Assembly (NCBI RefSeq): GCF_963921235.1
Contig: NC_086097.1
Coordinates: forward strand, 107,448,001-107,512,000
From: Mobula hypostoma
Taxonomy: Eukaryota
Direction: 5' to 3'
DNA: 64,000 nucleotides
The translations under genes and the position numbers were made by a program. Below are positions 12,400-24,595 of the stretch, piece by piece (positions within the stretch are counted from its first letter, which is position 1; each line of letters begins with the position of its first letter). The notes below the pieces were generated by a model. The model had not been told where the DNA came from and searched no databases. It was given only the letters and a program-made list of their open reading frames with translations.

Positions 12400-13096
12400 G
12401 GGAAGGTGTCTGCATTACAGAGTCATGGCTGAAAGAAGATCACAGCTGGGAGCTAAACATCTAAAGGTGCACTTTGTATCGAAAAGACAAGCAAGTGTTC
12501 AGAGAGAGTGTGGTGGCTCTGATGGTAGAAAATTAAATCAAATACATAGCAAGAAACAACTTAGGATCAGAAGATAGAGAATCCTTGTGAGTAGAGTTTA
12601 GAAAATGCAGGGGTAAAAAGCCCATGAAGGGAGATATATGTTGGCTTCTGGATAGTAAACAGGTTGCGGGGGGGGGGTGCATACAAATTATAATAGAATA
12701 TAGAAAAAGCATGTAAGAAAGGCAATGTTACAGTAGTCATGGAGTACATCAATATGCAGATAGGGTGGGAGTATCGGGTTGGCATTGGAACCCAAGAGAA
12801 AGAATATATAGAATATATATAAGATGGCTTTTAGAGCAGATTGTGGCCCAGTAGGTAAAAGGCAATTCTGGATAGGTGTTGTGTAATGAACCAGATTTGA
12901 TTAGGGTGCTTAAGGAAAAGGAACCCTCAGGAGTCTGTGATCATAGGAGGCATGAGAGAGAGTTGGCCAAATTTAATTGGAAGAGACCTTAGCAGGGATG
13001 ACCTAGATTAGCAATGGCAGAAGTTTATGGAAGTGATTCGGAAGATGCAAAATCATTTCATCTCAAAGGAGGTGAATCATTCTAAAAGAAGAATGA
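12400..13096 (+). mobile_element. Decayed CR1 endonuclease region
   Basis: VCITESWLKEDHSWELNI, ESL*VEFRK, ILDRVLCNEPDLI-like remnants. Confidence 0.7.
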
Positions 13097-15275
13097 TTCT
13101 TCTGGTGCCTCTGGTAAAGAGTAAACCTGCAACCTCGAGGACAGTGAGGAAATGGTTGGAGGAGGCTTATGAGGCGCTCCAGGGTTGTTTTGAGGTGACA
13201 GACTGGCAGGCACTCTGTGAGCCACATGGAGAGGATATTGATGGGCTCACAGAATGCATCACTGGTTACATCAACTTCTGTGTGGACTGCAATGTTCCGA
13301 CAAGAACTGTCCTTTGTTATTCAAATAACAATCCATGGGTAACAAAGGACATTAAGGACATCCTGAACACTAAAAAGAGGGCATTTAGAGATGGAAATAG
13401 CGAGGAGCTGCTGGCAATACAGAGGGACCTGAAAGCCAGGATCAGGGAGGCTAAAGACAGGTATAGGAGGAAACTTGAGTGGAAACTCCAGCAGAACAAC
13501 ATGAGAGAGGTCTGGAGTGGGATGAGGACCATCACAGGGTTCCGGCAAACTAGCAACAGAGGAGCTGAATGCAGTGTGGACAGGGCCAACGAACTTAACC
13601 TGTTCTTTAACAGATTTGACATTGTGGCCCCTGCCCAGCCCCCACATGAGTCATCTGTTGTCGGCCCCCAACCAACTCATATTCCACTCTCTCCTCCTAC
13701 CCCTCCTCACAGTCCCCCAGCCTGCTGTCATGACTATACCCCTTCCCCACACGAAACCACCACGGTGGGCTTCACAGCTGAACAGGTGAGAAGACAGCTG
13801 AAACGCCTCAACCCAAGCAAGGCTGCAGGCCCGGATGGTGTCAGTACCAGGGTGCTCAAAGCCTGTGCCTCTCAGCTATGTGGAGTACTTCGCCATGTCT
13901 TCAATCTGAGCCTGAGTCTCCAGAGGGTTCCTGTGCTGTGGAAGACGTCCTGCCTCGTCCCTGTGCCGAAGACGCTGTGCCCCAGCGACCTCAATGACTA
14001 CAGACCGGTGGCATTGACCTCCCACATCATGAAGACCCTGGAGAGACTTGTTCTGGAGCTGCTCCAGTCTATGGTCAGGCCACACTTAGATCCCCTCCAG
14101 TTCGCCTACCAGCTCCGACTAGGAGTTGAGGATGCCATCGTCTACCTGCTGAACTGTGTCTACGCCCACCTGGACAAGCCAGCGAGCACTGTGAGGGTCA
14201 TAATTTTTGACTTCTCCAGTGCATTCAACACCACCCGCCCTGCTCTGCTGGGGGAGAAGCTGACAGCGATGCAGGTGGATGCTTTCCTGGTGTCATGGAT
14301 TCTTGATTACCTGACTGGCAGACCACAGTACAGGTGCTTGCAATACTGTGTGTCCGACAGAGTGATCAGCAGCACTGGGGCTCCACAGGGTACTGTCTTG
14401 TCTCCCTTTTCCTTCACCATTTACACCTCGGACTTCAACTACTGCACAGAGTCTTGTCATCTTCAGAAGTTTTCTGATGACTCTGCCATGGTTGGATGCA
14501 TCAGCAATGGAGATGAGATTGAGTACAGGGCTACGGTAGGAAACTTTGTCACATGGTGTGAGTAGAATTATCTGCAGCTTAATGTGAAAAAGACTAAGGA
14601 GCTGGTGGTGGACCTGAGGAGGGCTAAGGCACCGGTGACCCCTGTTTCCATCCAGGGGGGTCAGTGTGGACATGGTGGAGGATTACAGATACCTGGGGAT
14701 ACGAATTGACAACAAACTGGACTGGTCAAAGAACACTGAGGCTGTCTACAAGAAGGGTCAGAGCCGTCTCTATTTCCTGAGGAGACTGAGATCCTTTAAC
14801 ATCTGTCAGACGATGCCGAGGATGTTCTATGAGTCTGTGGTGGCCAGTGCGATAATGTTTGCTGTTGTGTGCTGGGGCAGCAGGCTGAGGGTAGCAGACA
14901 CCAACAGAATCAACAAATTCATTCGTAAGGCCAGTGATGTGGGGATGGAACTGGACTCTGTGACTGTGGTGTCTGAAAAGAGGATGCTGTCCAAGTTGTA
15001 TGCCATCTTGGACAATGTCTCCCATCCACTACATAATGGACTGGTTGGGCACAGGAGTATATTCAGTCAGAGACTCATTCCACCGAGATGCAATACTGAT
15101 CGTCATAGGAAGTCATTCCTGCCTGTGGCCATCAAACTTTACAACTCTTCCCTTGGAGGGTCAGACACCCTGAGCCAATAGGCTGGTCCTGGACTTATTA
15201 CTATTTAATTATTTATGGTGTAACTGTAACAAAAACCAATTTCCCTCGGGATCAATAAACTATGACTATGACTAT
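13097..15275 (+). mobile_element. 5'-truncated Rex1/Babar LINE; ORF broken by a stop and a frameshift
   Basis: ORFs 13027..14565 and 14666..15181: KAAGPDG, NDYRPVALTSHIMK, LDPLQFAY, FDFSSAFN, GAPQGTVLSP, KFSDDS; AATAAA and (CTATGA)n tail. Confidence 0.95.
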
Positions 15276-15299
15276 GAATGAGGTTGACGCATGACTAAC

Positions 15300-16210
15300 C
15301 ACATCAGTAAGTTCACTGTTAAACACAACAGAGTTGGCCTAATCAGTAACAATAATGAGTTGGGAGGAGGTGGAATGATTTGTGGAGTGGTGCGAACAAA
15401 CTTGAGTCTCAAAGCTCACTCACACACCAGGACTATGGATCAATATGGACTTCGTAAAGGTGCAGGCTGACTACTCCCTACTATACATAAATGGCTGCTC
15501 CGCAGAGTTAGGATCACCAAGTTTCTAAGAGTGCACATCATGGATGATCTCACCTAATCCCTTAACACCACTTTTTACGTCAAGAAAGCACAACAGCAGC
15601 TCCACTGTTGAAGTGAGCGAGGCTACGTGCCTCCATTATAGCCACATTCTACTGGAGTACCATCGAGAGTGTCCTATTCAGCTCTATCACTATCTGTTAA
15701 TGGCAATTGCAAAGCATCTGACCATAAGACTCTGCACTAGATTGTGAGGATGGCTGAGAGAATCAATGGGGTCTCTCTCCCTCCCATCCAGAACATATAC
15801 CAGGAGTGTTGCATTTGCAGAGCCCTCCGCATGGTCAAGGACCCCTCCCATCTGTTGCACAATCTCTTTGACCTCCTATTGTCAGGCAGAAAATACCACA
15901 GCTTAGGCTGGGTATCAGTTTCTTCCCCCAGGCTGTGAGACTTCTGAACACACTGCTACCACCTGAATTATTTATGACAGTGCCAGTAGCATTGCACTAT
16001 TGTATATTTAACTATATGTCATATATAAACTTTATGTCAAGTTGTACATCTACAGATTTTTAAATTATCTGTTAATATTATTGCGTTAATACTATTTAAT
16101 GTGCCGTATGTGATATATGTATTGTGATTTGCACTTTGGTCCCAGAGGAACATTGTTTTGTAAAGTGTCACATGACCCATTGAAAGACAATAAATTTAAA
16201 CTTGAACTTG
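15300..16210 (+). mobile_element. Older Rex1-type LINE 3' fragment
   Basis: RMAERING..RALRMVKDPSHLLHNLFDLLLSGRKY; tail gacaataaatttaaacttgaacttg. Confidence 0.7.
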
Positions 16211-16263
16211 GACTGTATGAGTTCCCTCTCACATCCCAAAGATGTGTGGAGTAGTGGGTTAAT

Positions 16264-17160
16264 TACTTACTTACTGCCTGTTACACTACTGGCATTTAGG
16301 GCCGCAATGAAGGTCCTCCATTCCTTCATCGTGTCAGTAGTTTCCACTTGGTTTTTACTGTCAGTCCTGCAAGTCTTGGGTGGATATTCAGGAACACCGT
16401 CACACTCAGATGTAGAAGGATTCTTCATTGCTGTTTCCATAACAATGTTGTTTTTACCAGTCAGAGTTGTTATCCCTGAGCTGAACCCTTGACCCTGTAG
16501 GACTGGTGGACCACTCTGGCCTCTACTTTTTGATCTGTTTGGCATGGGTGACCCAACCCTCACTATAGGAAGGATGTGGAAGCATTGGAAAGGGTACAGA
16601 GGAGATTTACCAGGATGCTGCCTGGTTTAGAAAGTATGCATTATGATCAGAGATTAAGGGAGCTAGGGCTTTACTCTTTGGAGAGAAGGAGGATGAGAGG
16701 AGACATGATAGAGGTGTACAAGATAATAAGAGGAATAGATAGAGTGGATAGCCAGTGCCCCTTCCCCAGGGCACTACTGCTCAATACAAGAGGACATGGC
16801 TTTAAGGTAAGGGGTGGGAAGTTCAAGGGGGATATTAGAGGAAGGTCTTTTACTCAGAGAATGGTTGGTGCGTGGAATGCACTGCCTGAGTCAGTGGTGG
16901 AGGCAGATACACTAGTGAAGTTTAAGAGACTACTAGACAGGTATATGGAGGGATCTAAGGTGTGGGCTTATATGGGAGGCAGGGTTTGAGGGTCGGCACA
17001 ACATTGTGGACCGAAGGGCCTGTACTGTGCTGTACTATTCTATGTTTCTATGTTCTATGTTCTATGTACCAAGAACCTTCACTCCAGCCATCATAGCTCT
17101 TTTGGATCACTGAGGCATACAAGCCTCCAAACCATGACCAGGTCATTGTCCTCTTGGAGG
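16264..17160 (-). mobile_element. Non-autonomous RTE derivative (5'UTR joined to the ORF 3' tip), split by CR1 and inserted in a V-SINE remnant
   Basis: 3' tip encodes WRTFIAALNASSVTGSK with a (TAAG)n tail; V-SINE pieces at ~16220-16263 and ~17160-17270. Confidence 0.55.
16563..17067 (+). mobile_element. 5'-truncated CR1, same subfamily as 249-965
   Basis: ORF 16576..16989 nearly identical to ORF 223..984; (TTCTATG)n tail. Confidence 0.92.
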
Positions 17161-17330
17161 GGTGGTTTAATTGGCTGCTATAAATTGCCCTTGGTGTGTA
17201 GGTAAGTGGTAGAATCTGGTAATGGGAAAGTGGGGAGAATAAAATGGGTTAGGGGAGGTTAATAATGGATGGTCAACATCTTATACTTCCTCTTTCTGTT
17301 CTAAATTTCTTTAAGTCTCTATGATTCTAT

Positions 17331-19400
17331 AAATCATAGGAATAAATCAAGGAAGGTAGTGCACCCGTGGCTGACAAGAGAAATTAGGGATAGTATCAAT
17401 TCCAAAGAAGAAGCATACAAATTAGCCAGAGAAAGTGGCTCACCTGAGGACTGGGAGAAATTCAGAGTTCAGCAGAGGAGGACAAAGGGCTTAATTAGGA
17501 AGGGGAAAAAAGATTATGAGAGAAAACTGGCAGGGAACATAAAAACTGACTGTAAAAGCTTTTATAGATATGTAAAAAGGAAAAGACTGGTAAAGACAAA
17601 TGTAGGTCCCCTACAGACAGAAACAGGTGAATTGATTATGGGGAGCAAGGACATGGCAGACCAATTGGATAATTACTTTGGTTCTGTCTTCACTAAGGAG
17701 GACATAAATAATCTTCCAGAAATAGTAGGGGACAGAGGGTCCAGTGAGATGGAGGAACTGAGCGAAATACATGTTAGTAGGGAAGTGGTGTTAGGTAAAT
17801 TGAAGGGATTGAAGGCAGATAAATCCCCAGGGCCAGATGGTCTGCATCCTAGAGTGCTTAAGGAAGTAGCCCAAGAAATAGTGGATGCATTAGTGATAAT
17901 TTTTCAAAACTCGTTAGATTCTGGACTAGTTCCTGAGGATTGGAGGGTGGCTAATGTAACCCCACTTTTTAAAAAAGGAGGGAGAGAGAAACCGGGGAAT
18001 TATAGACCGGTTAGCCTAACGTTGGTGGTGGGGAAACTGCTGGAGTCAGTTATCAAAGATGTGATAACAGCACATTTGGAAAGCGGTGAAATCATCGGAC
18101 AAAGTCAGCATGGATTTGTGAAAGGAAAATCATGTCTGACGAATCTCATAGAATTTTTTGAGGATGTAACTAGTGGAGTGGATAGGGGAGAACCAGTCGA
18201 TGTGGTATATTTGGATTTTCAAAAGGCTTTTGACAAGGTCCCACACAGGAGATTAGTGTGCAAACTTAAAGCACACGGTATTGGGGGTAAGGTATTGATG
18301 TGGATAGAGAATTGGTTAGCAGACAGGAAGCAAAGAGTGGGAATAAACGGGACCTTTTCAGAATGGCAGGCGGTGACTAGTGGGGTACCGCAAGGCTCAG
18401 TGCTGGGACCCCAGTTGTTTACAATATATATTAATGACTTGGATGAGGGAATTAAATGCAGCATCTCCAAGTTTGCGGATGACACGAAGCTGGGTGGCAG
18501 TGTTAGCTGTGAGGAGGATGCTAAGAGGATGCAGAGTGACTTGGGTAGGTTGGGTGAGTGGGCAAATTCATGGCAGATGCAATTTAATGTGCATAAATGT
18601 GAAGTTATCCACTTTGGTGGCAAAGATAGGAAAACAGATTATTATCTGAATGGTGGCCGATTAGGAAAAGGGGAGGTGCAACGAGACCTGGGTGTCATTA
18701 TACACCAGTCATTGAAAGTGGGCATGCAGGTACAGCAGGCGGTGAAAAAGGTGAATGGTATGCTGGCATTTATAGCGAGAGGATTCGAGTACAGGAGCAG
18801 GGAGGTACTACTGCAGTTGTACAAGGCCTTGGAGAGACCACACTTGGAGTATTGTGCGCAGTTTTGGTCCCCTAATCTGAGAAAAGACATCCTTGCCATA
18901 GAGGGAGTATAAAGAAGGTTCACCAGATTGATTCCTGGGATGGCAGGACTTTCATATGAAGAAAGATTGGATGAACTGGGCTTGTACTTGTTGGAATTTA
19001 GAAGATTGAGGGGGATCTGATTGAAACGTATAAAATCCTAAAGGGATTGGACAGGCTAGATGCAGGAAGATTGTTCCCGATGTTGGGGAAGTCCAGGACA
19101 AGGGGTCACAGTTTGAGGATAAAGGGGAAGCCTTTTAGGACCGAGATTAGGAAAAACTTCTTCACACAGAGAGTGGTGAATCTGTGGAATTCTCTGCCAC
19201 AGGAAACAGTTGAGGCCAGTTCATTGGCTATATTTAAGAGGGAGTTAGATATGGCCCTTGTGGCTACGGGGATCAGGGGGTATGGAGGGAAAGCTGGGGC
19301 GGGGTTCTGAGTTGGATGATCAGCCATGATCATAATAAATGGCGGTGCAGGCTCGAAGGGCCGAATGGCCTACTCCTGCACCTATTTTCTATGTTTCTAT
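17331..19400 (+). mobile_element. Young 5'-truncated CR1 LINE with a complete RT domain
   Basis: ORF 17359..18912: KSPGPDGLHP, NYRPVSLT, YLDFQKAFDKVPH, GVPQGSVLGP, KFADDTK; one stop and one frameshift near the 3' end. Confidence 0.96.
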
Positions 19401-19550
19401 ATCCAGAACTATAGGGCATTCACATCCATTTCGCAAGAGTACAAGAGCTGGAGCTAAGATGTGTCCACATTTTGAACATTAACTTAGGAGTACATTTGTC
19501 AGACTTATCCTCAGTGATGCTGAAACTGGGTTAGCCTTACAGGCATCATG

Positions 19551-19710
19551 GAGGAACCTCTATTTTTGGAGACACTGTTTGATTGTCTCTATGCCTTGGT
19601 ATGACAGTGTTAACATACTCAATTATTCGTAGAGGAACCTCTATTTTTGGAGACACTGTTTGATGGACTCTATGCGTTGGTATCACAGTGTTAACACATT
19701 CAATTATTCT
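19551..19710. repeat. 81-bp tandem duplication (2 copies)
   Basis: gaggaacctctatttttggagacactgtttgat... starts at 19551 and 19632. Confidence 0.9.
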
Positions 19711-19834
19711 CAAGCAGGCTCACTGGAGGGGTAAGTTTCTGCCCTTCCTAAAGGACCATTTTGTAATGGGATAACAATCCTTTACTATATCTTGATCTTC
19801 TGGCATTATTTCCATCCGTCATTCATAGTCCAAT

Positions 19835-20390
19835 TTTAAGAAAGCCAACATGTCTCGAAAACTTCCACAAATATACTGTGGAGAGCATTCTGTCTGGCTG
19901 CGTCACTGTCTGTTATAGGTTTGGGGGGCTACTGCACAGGATCAAAGTAAGTTGCAGAAACTTGTAAAACTAGTCAGCTCCATCAAGGGTACTATTCTCT
20001 GTAGTATCCAAGACAGCTTCAAGGAGCGGTATCTTAGGAAGGCGGCTTCCATCATTAAGGACCCCCCATCACTTGGACATGCCTTGTTCTCATTGTTACT
20101 GTCAGGAAGGAGGTACAGAACCTAAAGGCACACATTCAGTGATTCAGGAACAGCTCCTTCCCCTCTGCCATCCGATTCCTAAATGGACATTGAATCCATG
20201 AACACTACCTCACTATTTCTATTATTTCTGCTATTTTGCACTTCTTATTTTAACTTCACTGTTTAGTAGACATATTTGTAATTCAGTTCTTTTTTCTCTA
20301 TAGTTATTTATCATGTATTGCATTGTCCTGTTGCCGTAAAGTTACCAGATTTCACAACATATTCTGGCGATATTAAACCTGATTCTGATG
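19835..20390 (+). mobile_element. Rex1-type LINE 3' fragment
   Basis: TVESILSGCVTV, IIKDPHH..LFSLLLSGRRYR remnants; tail attaaacctgattctga. Confidence 0.75.
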
Positions 20391-21512
20391 TCTTTAAAGA
20401 GTCCTGTGCTAGATAAGCATCTCCAAGCTTCATGAGTTGTGTGCTGGCAGTGCTTAACGTTATACAAAAGGGCTGACATTACTTTAGAATTCTTAGTGTT
20501 AAAGGTGCACACAATCATCTGAAGTGCAATACTCTGCTCTTGCCACACTATGATGATATCACTGCCCCACCATATAATAATGCAAATCCTATAACTGCCA
20601 GCAGAACTAACTTACAACTTGCAAGGTAGATGCCGGACAGATCTCATACTGAAGTATTTTCTCAAAACTACAAAATAAATATAAATATACCAGATTTTCT
20701 ACTCAATTTGAAAGCTCTCATTTCTAATTAAATATAGCTACAATTATAATTACTAAAACAAATATTCTGGAAACCTTTTTGGAGCAACATCAAAAACAAA
20801 TAAATATTCTGTAAGGCTAAATGTGTGAGAGGTCTGTGTGAATGAGATAGTTCTTTATCCTCAGGCGTGTTAGTTCAGCATCAGCGAATCTCCCAACATG
20901 CAGCCAACTGAGTACTCTAGCAAATCTCATACACTGTGGATTGTTTATTACACCACGCTCCTACTATATTTCAACCTGCCTTCACCATGCCATCATGTAA
21001 CCTGTGTGACTTATATTAGTTTAACTCCTTCCAATTAGTGCTAATATTTCACACTAAATCAGCAAATTGTTTGGGGAGTCTGACCTTGCTGCAGCTGATG
21101 GCATTACAGAAATATCAGAGCTTCAGTCATGTGAAAGACTTAACACTCCCTTTTTAAGAGCAAAATAATTTCTTTTGTCAGTCTTTGTCCTTCAACTAGA
21201 AGAGAGGAATAATCTCAGAGTCTTTTACATCTTGTACTAGCCCGAGGCAATATATTTTACCCCACAAGAAGTAGAAGCCACTTTACCGTTTCATCTACCA
21301 AACTGCAACCTGGAGAAGTTTCTGGGATCATATATCATTCTCAGCTAAATTCTGAGTAAATTTACTGGCCAGACTTATTATTGTACAGCAACAGATAACT
21401 AATGAGTTTTGAGTTTTTTATATATATTCTTCAGACTTATTTTTTCCCTATTAATTCTAACAGTAGGAAATCCATACAGTGGCAAGTGTATGAGTGAAAA
21501 GCCACAATGTGT

Positions 21513-21935
21513 ACTCACTCAGTGGCCACTTTATTAGGTACACCTGTACACCTGATTTTAATGTGAATCATGTGGCAGCAACTCAATTCGTAAGAGCTTG
21601 CAGACATGGTCTAGAGAGTCAGATGTTGTTCAGACCAAATATCAGAATGGGGAAGAAATGTGATCAAAGTGACTCTGACTGTGGAATGACTTTTGGTGCC
21701 TGACAGGGTGGTTTGAGTATCTCAGAAACTGCTGATCTCCTGGGATTTTCACACACAACAGTCTCTAGAAGTCACAGGGAATGGTTCGAGAAACAAAAAT
21801 CATCCAGTGAGCAGCAGTTTCTGTGGGTGAAACAGCCTTGTTAATGCGACAGGTGTGAGGAGAATGGCCAGACTGGTTCAAGATGACAGGAAGGCAACAG
21901 TAAGTCAAATAACATGCATTACAACAGTGGTGCAC
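21513..21935 (+). mobile_element. Tc1/mariner 5' fragment (TIR and N-terminal HTH)
   Basis: TIR cactcagtggccactttattaggtacacc; MGKKCDQSDSDCGMTFGA*QGGLSISETADLLGFSHTTVSR. Confidence 0.8.
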
Positions 21936-22224
21936 AAGTACAGTTTCCAAGAAATGAAAATTCTGCATTGAAAGCTCATTCTGATGATGTCTCGTGCAAT
22001 ATACTCTGAAGAACCAGATGTTCTGAAAACATTGTAATGATGGACTGGAGGCTCCGAGAGTCCACTTACTTAGAAAGTAAATGAAAAGACTGGAAGTATT
22101 CTCCTGAAGTTATCCAAGCAAGTCTGAGGAAATAATATCTATATTTGTGGTCTTCTGCTGCTGTAGCCCATCTACTTCAAGGTCCAGTGTATTGTGCATA
22201 CCACGGTTGTAAAGTTTAGTTATT

Positions 22225-22395
22225 TTTTGTTCTGGTATCTCCTACCTTTCTTTCTGGTCCTGAAGAACGGTCTCGGCCAGAAACGTCAACTGTTTATTAA
22301 TTTTGATAGATGCTGCCTGACCTGCTGATTTCCTCTAGTGTTTTGTGTGCGTTGCTTTGGATTTCTAGCATCTGCAGAATTTCTCATGTTTATGA
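22225..22395 (+). mobile_element. Penelope pseudo-LTR fragment with hammerhead motif
   Basis: ggtcCTGAAGAacggtctcggccaGAAACGTCaact at ~22257-22291. Confidence 0.7.
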
Positions 22396-22803
22396 TGATC
22401 ATCTCATCTATCCTGTTAACCCCTTCAGAATCTTATGCAGTGCAGCAGATCAGCTTAATAATGGAGGGAAATGGTTGGTTTGGAGTCAATTTAGAGATTC
22501 AACACAGAAAAGAACCCAAGTGGCTTTCTGGGTAAATGTATAAAAATGATTAGATGCACTCAAAAGTTCCAATTTAAAATCATTTATAAACACAAATGTG
22601 CCTTATGTTGTTGAAAATAGGCTGGATTTTGGTCTAATTGTCAAATAAGCGGCACCAGCTCTTCATGACTTTCCCAAAGACTCTACACCAGATTTTTCAC
22701 TGAAATGTACTGTAGAATCAAAAAAAGGATCTTGGACTGTGTGAACAGAGTTAGCAAAGGATTACTTTCTTATCCTATCATTATCCTATCAAAAAGTTTA
22801 ACT

Positions 22804-22932
22804 CAAACAACAAGAATTCTGCAGATGCTGGAAATTCAAGCAACACACATCAAAGTTGCTGGTGAACGCAGCAGGCCAGGCAGCATCTCTAGGAAGAGGT
22901 ACAGTCGACGTTTCAGGCCGAGACCCTTCGTC
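22804..22932 (-). mobile_element. Penelope mini-element with hammerhead core
   Basis: Near-identical to 6433-6560; TSD agtttaact at 22795-22803 and 22933-22941. Confidence 0.8.
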
Positions 22933-23639
22933 AGTTTAACTGGAAGCTTTATATTAGAATATTGAGTTCAATTGTTAACAAGGTACAGAGAGCAAGAAAA
23001 AGTTTAGAAAAGTAGCAATAGAATAAAAGATAAAGTAAATTAGTATATTTTAAATGTCTAATGGTATTTAAAAGCTAACTGAGATTTCATATTTAATAAT
23101 TAGCGCCATGAGGATTGACTGCAATTAAAAACTTAGTACAAATTTACACTGGAAACAACCAGCTCAAAATTTACTGCCAAGTTATGTTCTGATTGCAGAG
23201 CAAACCAATGTAGCTGAATGGGGAAGTAAGCTCAGAGGAGAGGTTAGACAGGCTCTGTATTTTCATATCTAACTGCATGTGTTTTTTCTTTTCAAGTACA
23301 TATTGATTTTTCAGGGTGGGACATCACTGACAAGGCTCACATTTACAGGCAGTCACCACTTTATGAGGTACACCTGCTCTAATCAAATATCTAATCAAAG
23401 CCCAGCAACAAAAGGTAGTGACAAATGTGGTGTCATCTGTCAATCTGAATGAAATTTGATTCTGATCAGCAACTCTCATACTTCCATGTTCAATAATTTA
23501 AATGGTCAAAAGCTATTAGTTTAATTTCAACCTAAACAACCATAAATGTCGTATTAAAGAATGTTAACAACTCAACAATTGATCTCACCACTGAAGGGTT
23601 CTTTTCCTAGTGATTTACATGAACATGCAAATAATTTTC

Positions 23640-24283
23640 TCTATAGTAAGCCGACAGAAAACAGCATTATTGGGAGCAATACTGGAACTTTTGGAGCCTG
23701 TGATTTGCAGTTTGGAGATCATCTGGATATTTCAGCGCCCTGCAACCTCTGAGGGGATTCCAGCAGACAGAGGCTGCATGCAGGAACCTCATGGCAAGAA
23801 AGCTGCGAGCTTATGTTCGACTTCATTTCACTGATTAAAGCTTCCATTGTTCACTTATTCAAATGATGAAGGAAATTGAAATGCCAGCTGCCTTCCTTTT
23901 TATCGCTGGTGGATCGTGCTGCTATGGAGAGGAGATACTGCTTTTTTATCGCTGGTGAGATCGCACTGCTACGGAGAGGGAGAATGTTGCCCAGGCTTTC
24001 TGCATTTTGCATGTGGACTTGGACTGTGGACTTTTTTTTCAGTCTTATGGTCTTTCTGTATTGTGTTTTTCGCCCGATCTTTCTCTTTTTTTTGTGTGGC
24101 GGGGGAAGGGCAATTCGGGGGTCGATGTGCCTGTTCCATTTTTGTCTGTTTTTTGTGCAGGGAGGGGGGATTTAGGAGTTAATGATCATGCTGCCATTCT
24201 TTTCTTTCTTGGTTTCGTGGCTATCTGGAGAAGAAGAATTTCAGAGTTGTATACTTCAATAATAAATGAACCTTTGAATCTTT
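23640..24283 (+). mobile_element. Non-coding retroelement with a Rex1-like tail; sister copy ~43560-44087
   Basis: Shared T/G-rich body and ggctatctggagaaga..tttcagagttgtata..aataaat..acctttgaa end. Confidence 0.6.
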
Positions 24284-24285
24284 GC

Positions 24286-24595
24286 ACACACACAAAATGC
24301 TGGAAGAACTCAGCAGGTCAGGCAACATCTGTGGAAATGAATAAACAGTTGATGCTTTGGGCTGAGGCCCTTCTTCAGGTCTGAGAAGGAAGTGGGTAGA
24401 TGCCAGAATAAAAAGGTGGGGAGAGGGGAATGAGGCCAGCTGGAAGGTGATAGGTGAAGCCATGTAGGTGGGAAAGGTCAAGGGCTGGAGAAGAAGGAAT
24501 CTGATAGGTGAGGGGAGTGGACCATAGGAGAAAGGGAAGGAGGAGGGGACCCAGGCGAAAGTGATAGGTAGATGAGAAAGGGTGAAAAGTCAGAT
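24286..24595 (-). mobile_element. Penelope pseudo-LTR fragment
   Basis: Similar to 3138-3390; degenerate hammerhead at ~24346-24380. Confidence 0.75.

Noticed and set aside
13027..14565. 512-aa ORF as a host gene
   Set aside because: The first ~24 codons come from a flanking CR1 relic; the rest is truncated Rex1 RT ending in a premature stop
18219..18923. Antisense ORFs over CR1 (also 47426..48118)
   Set aside because: Shadow frames of CR1 ORF2
19551..19710. miR-200/141-like hairpin (TAACACTGT on the minus strand)
   Set aside because: Only ~9 nt match and the stem is too short for a pre-miRNA
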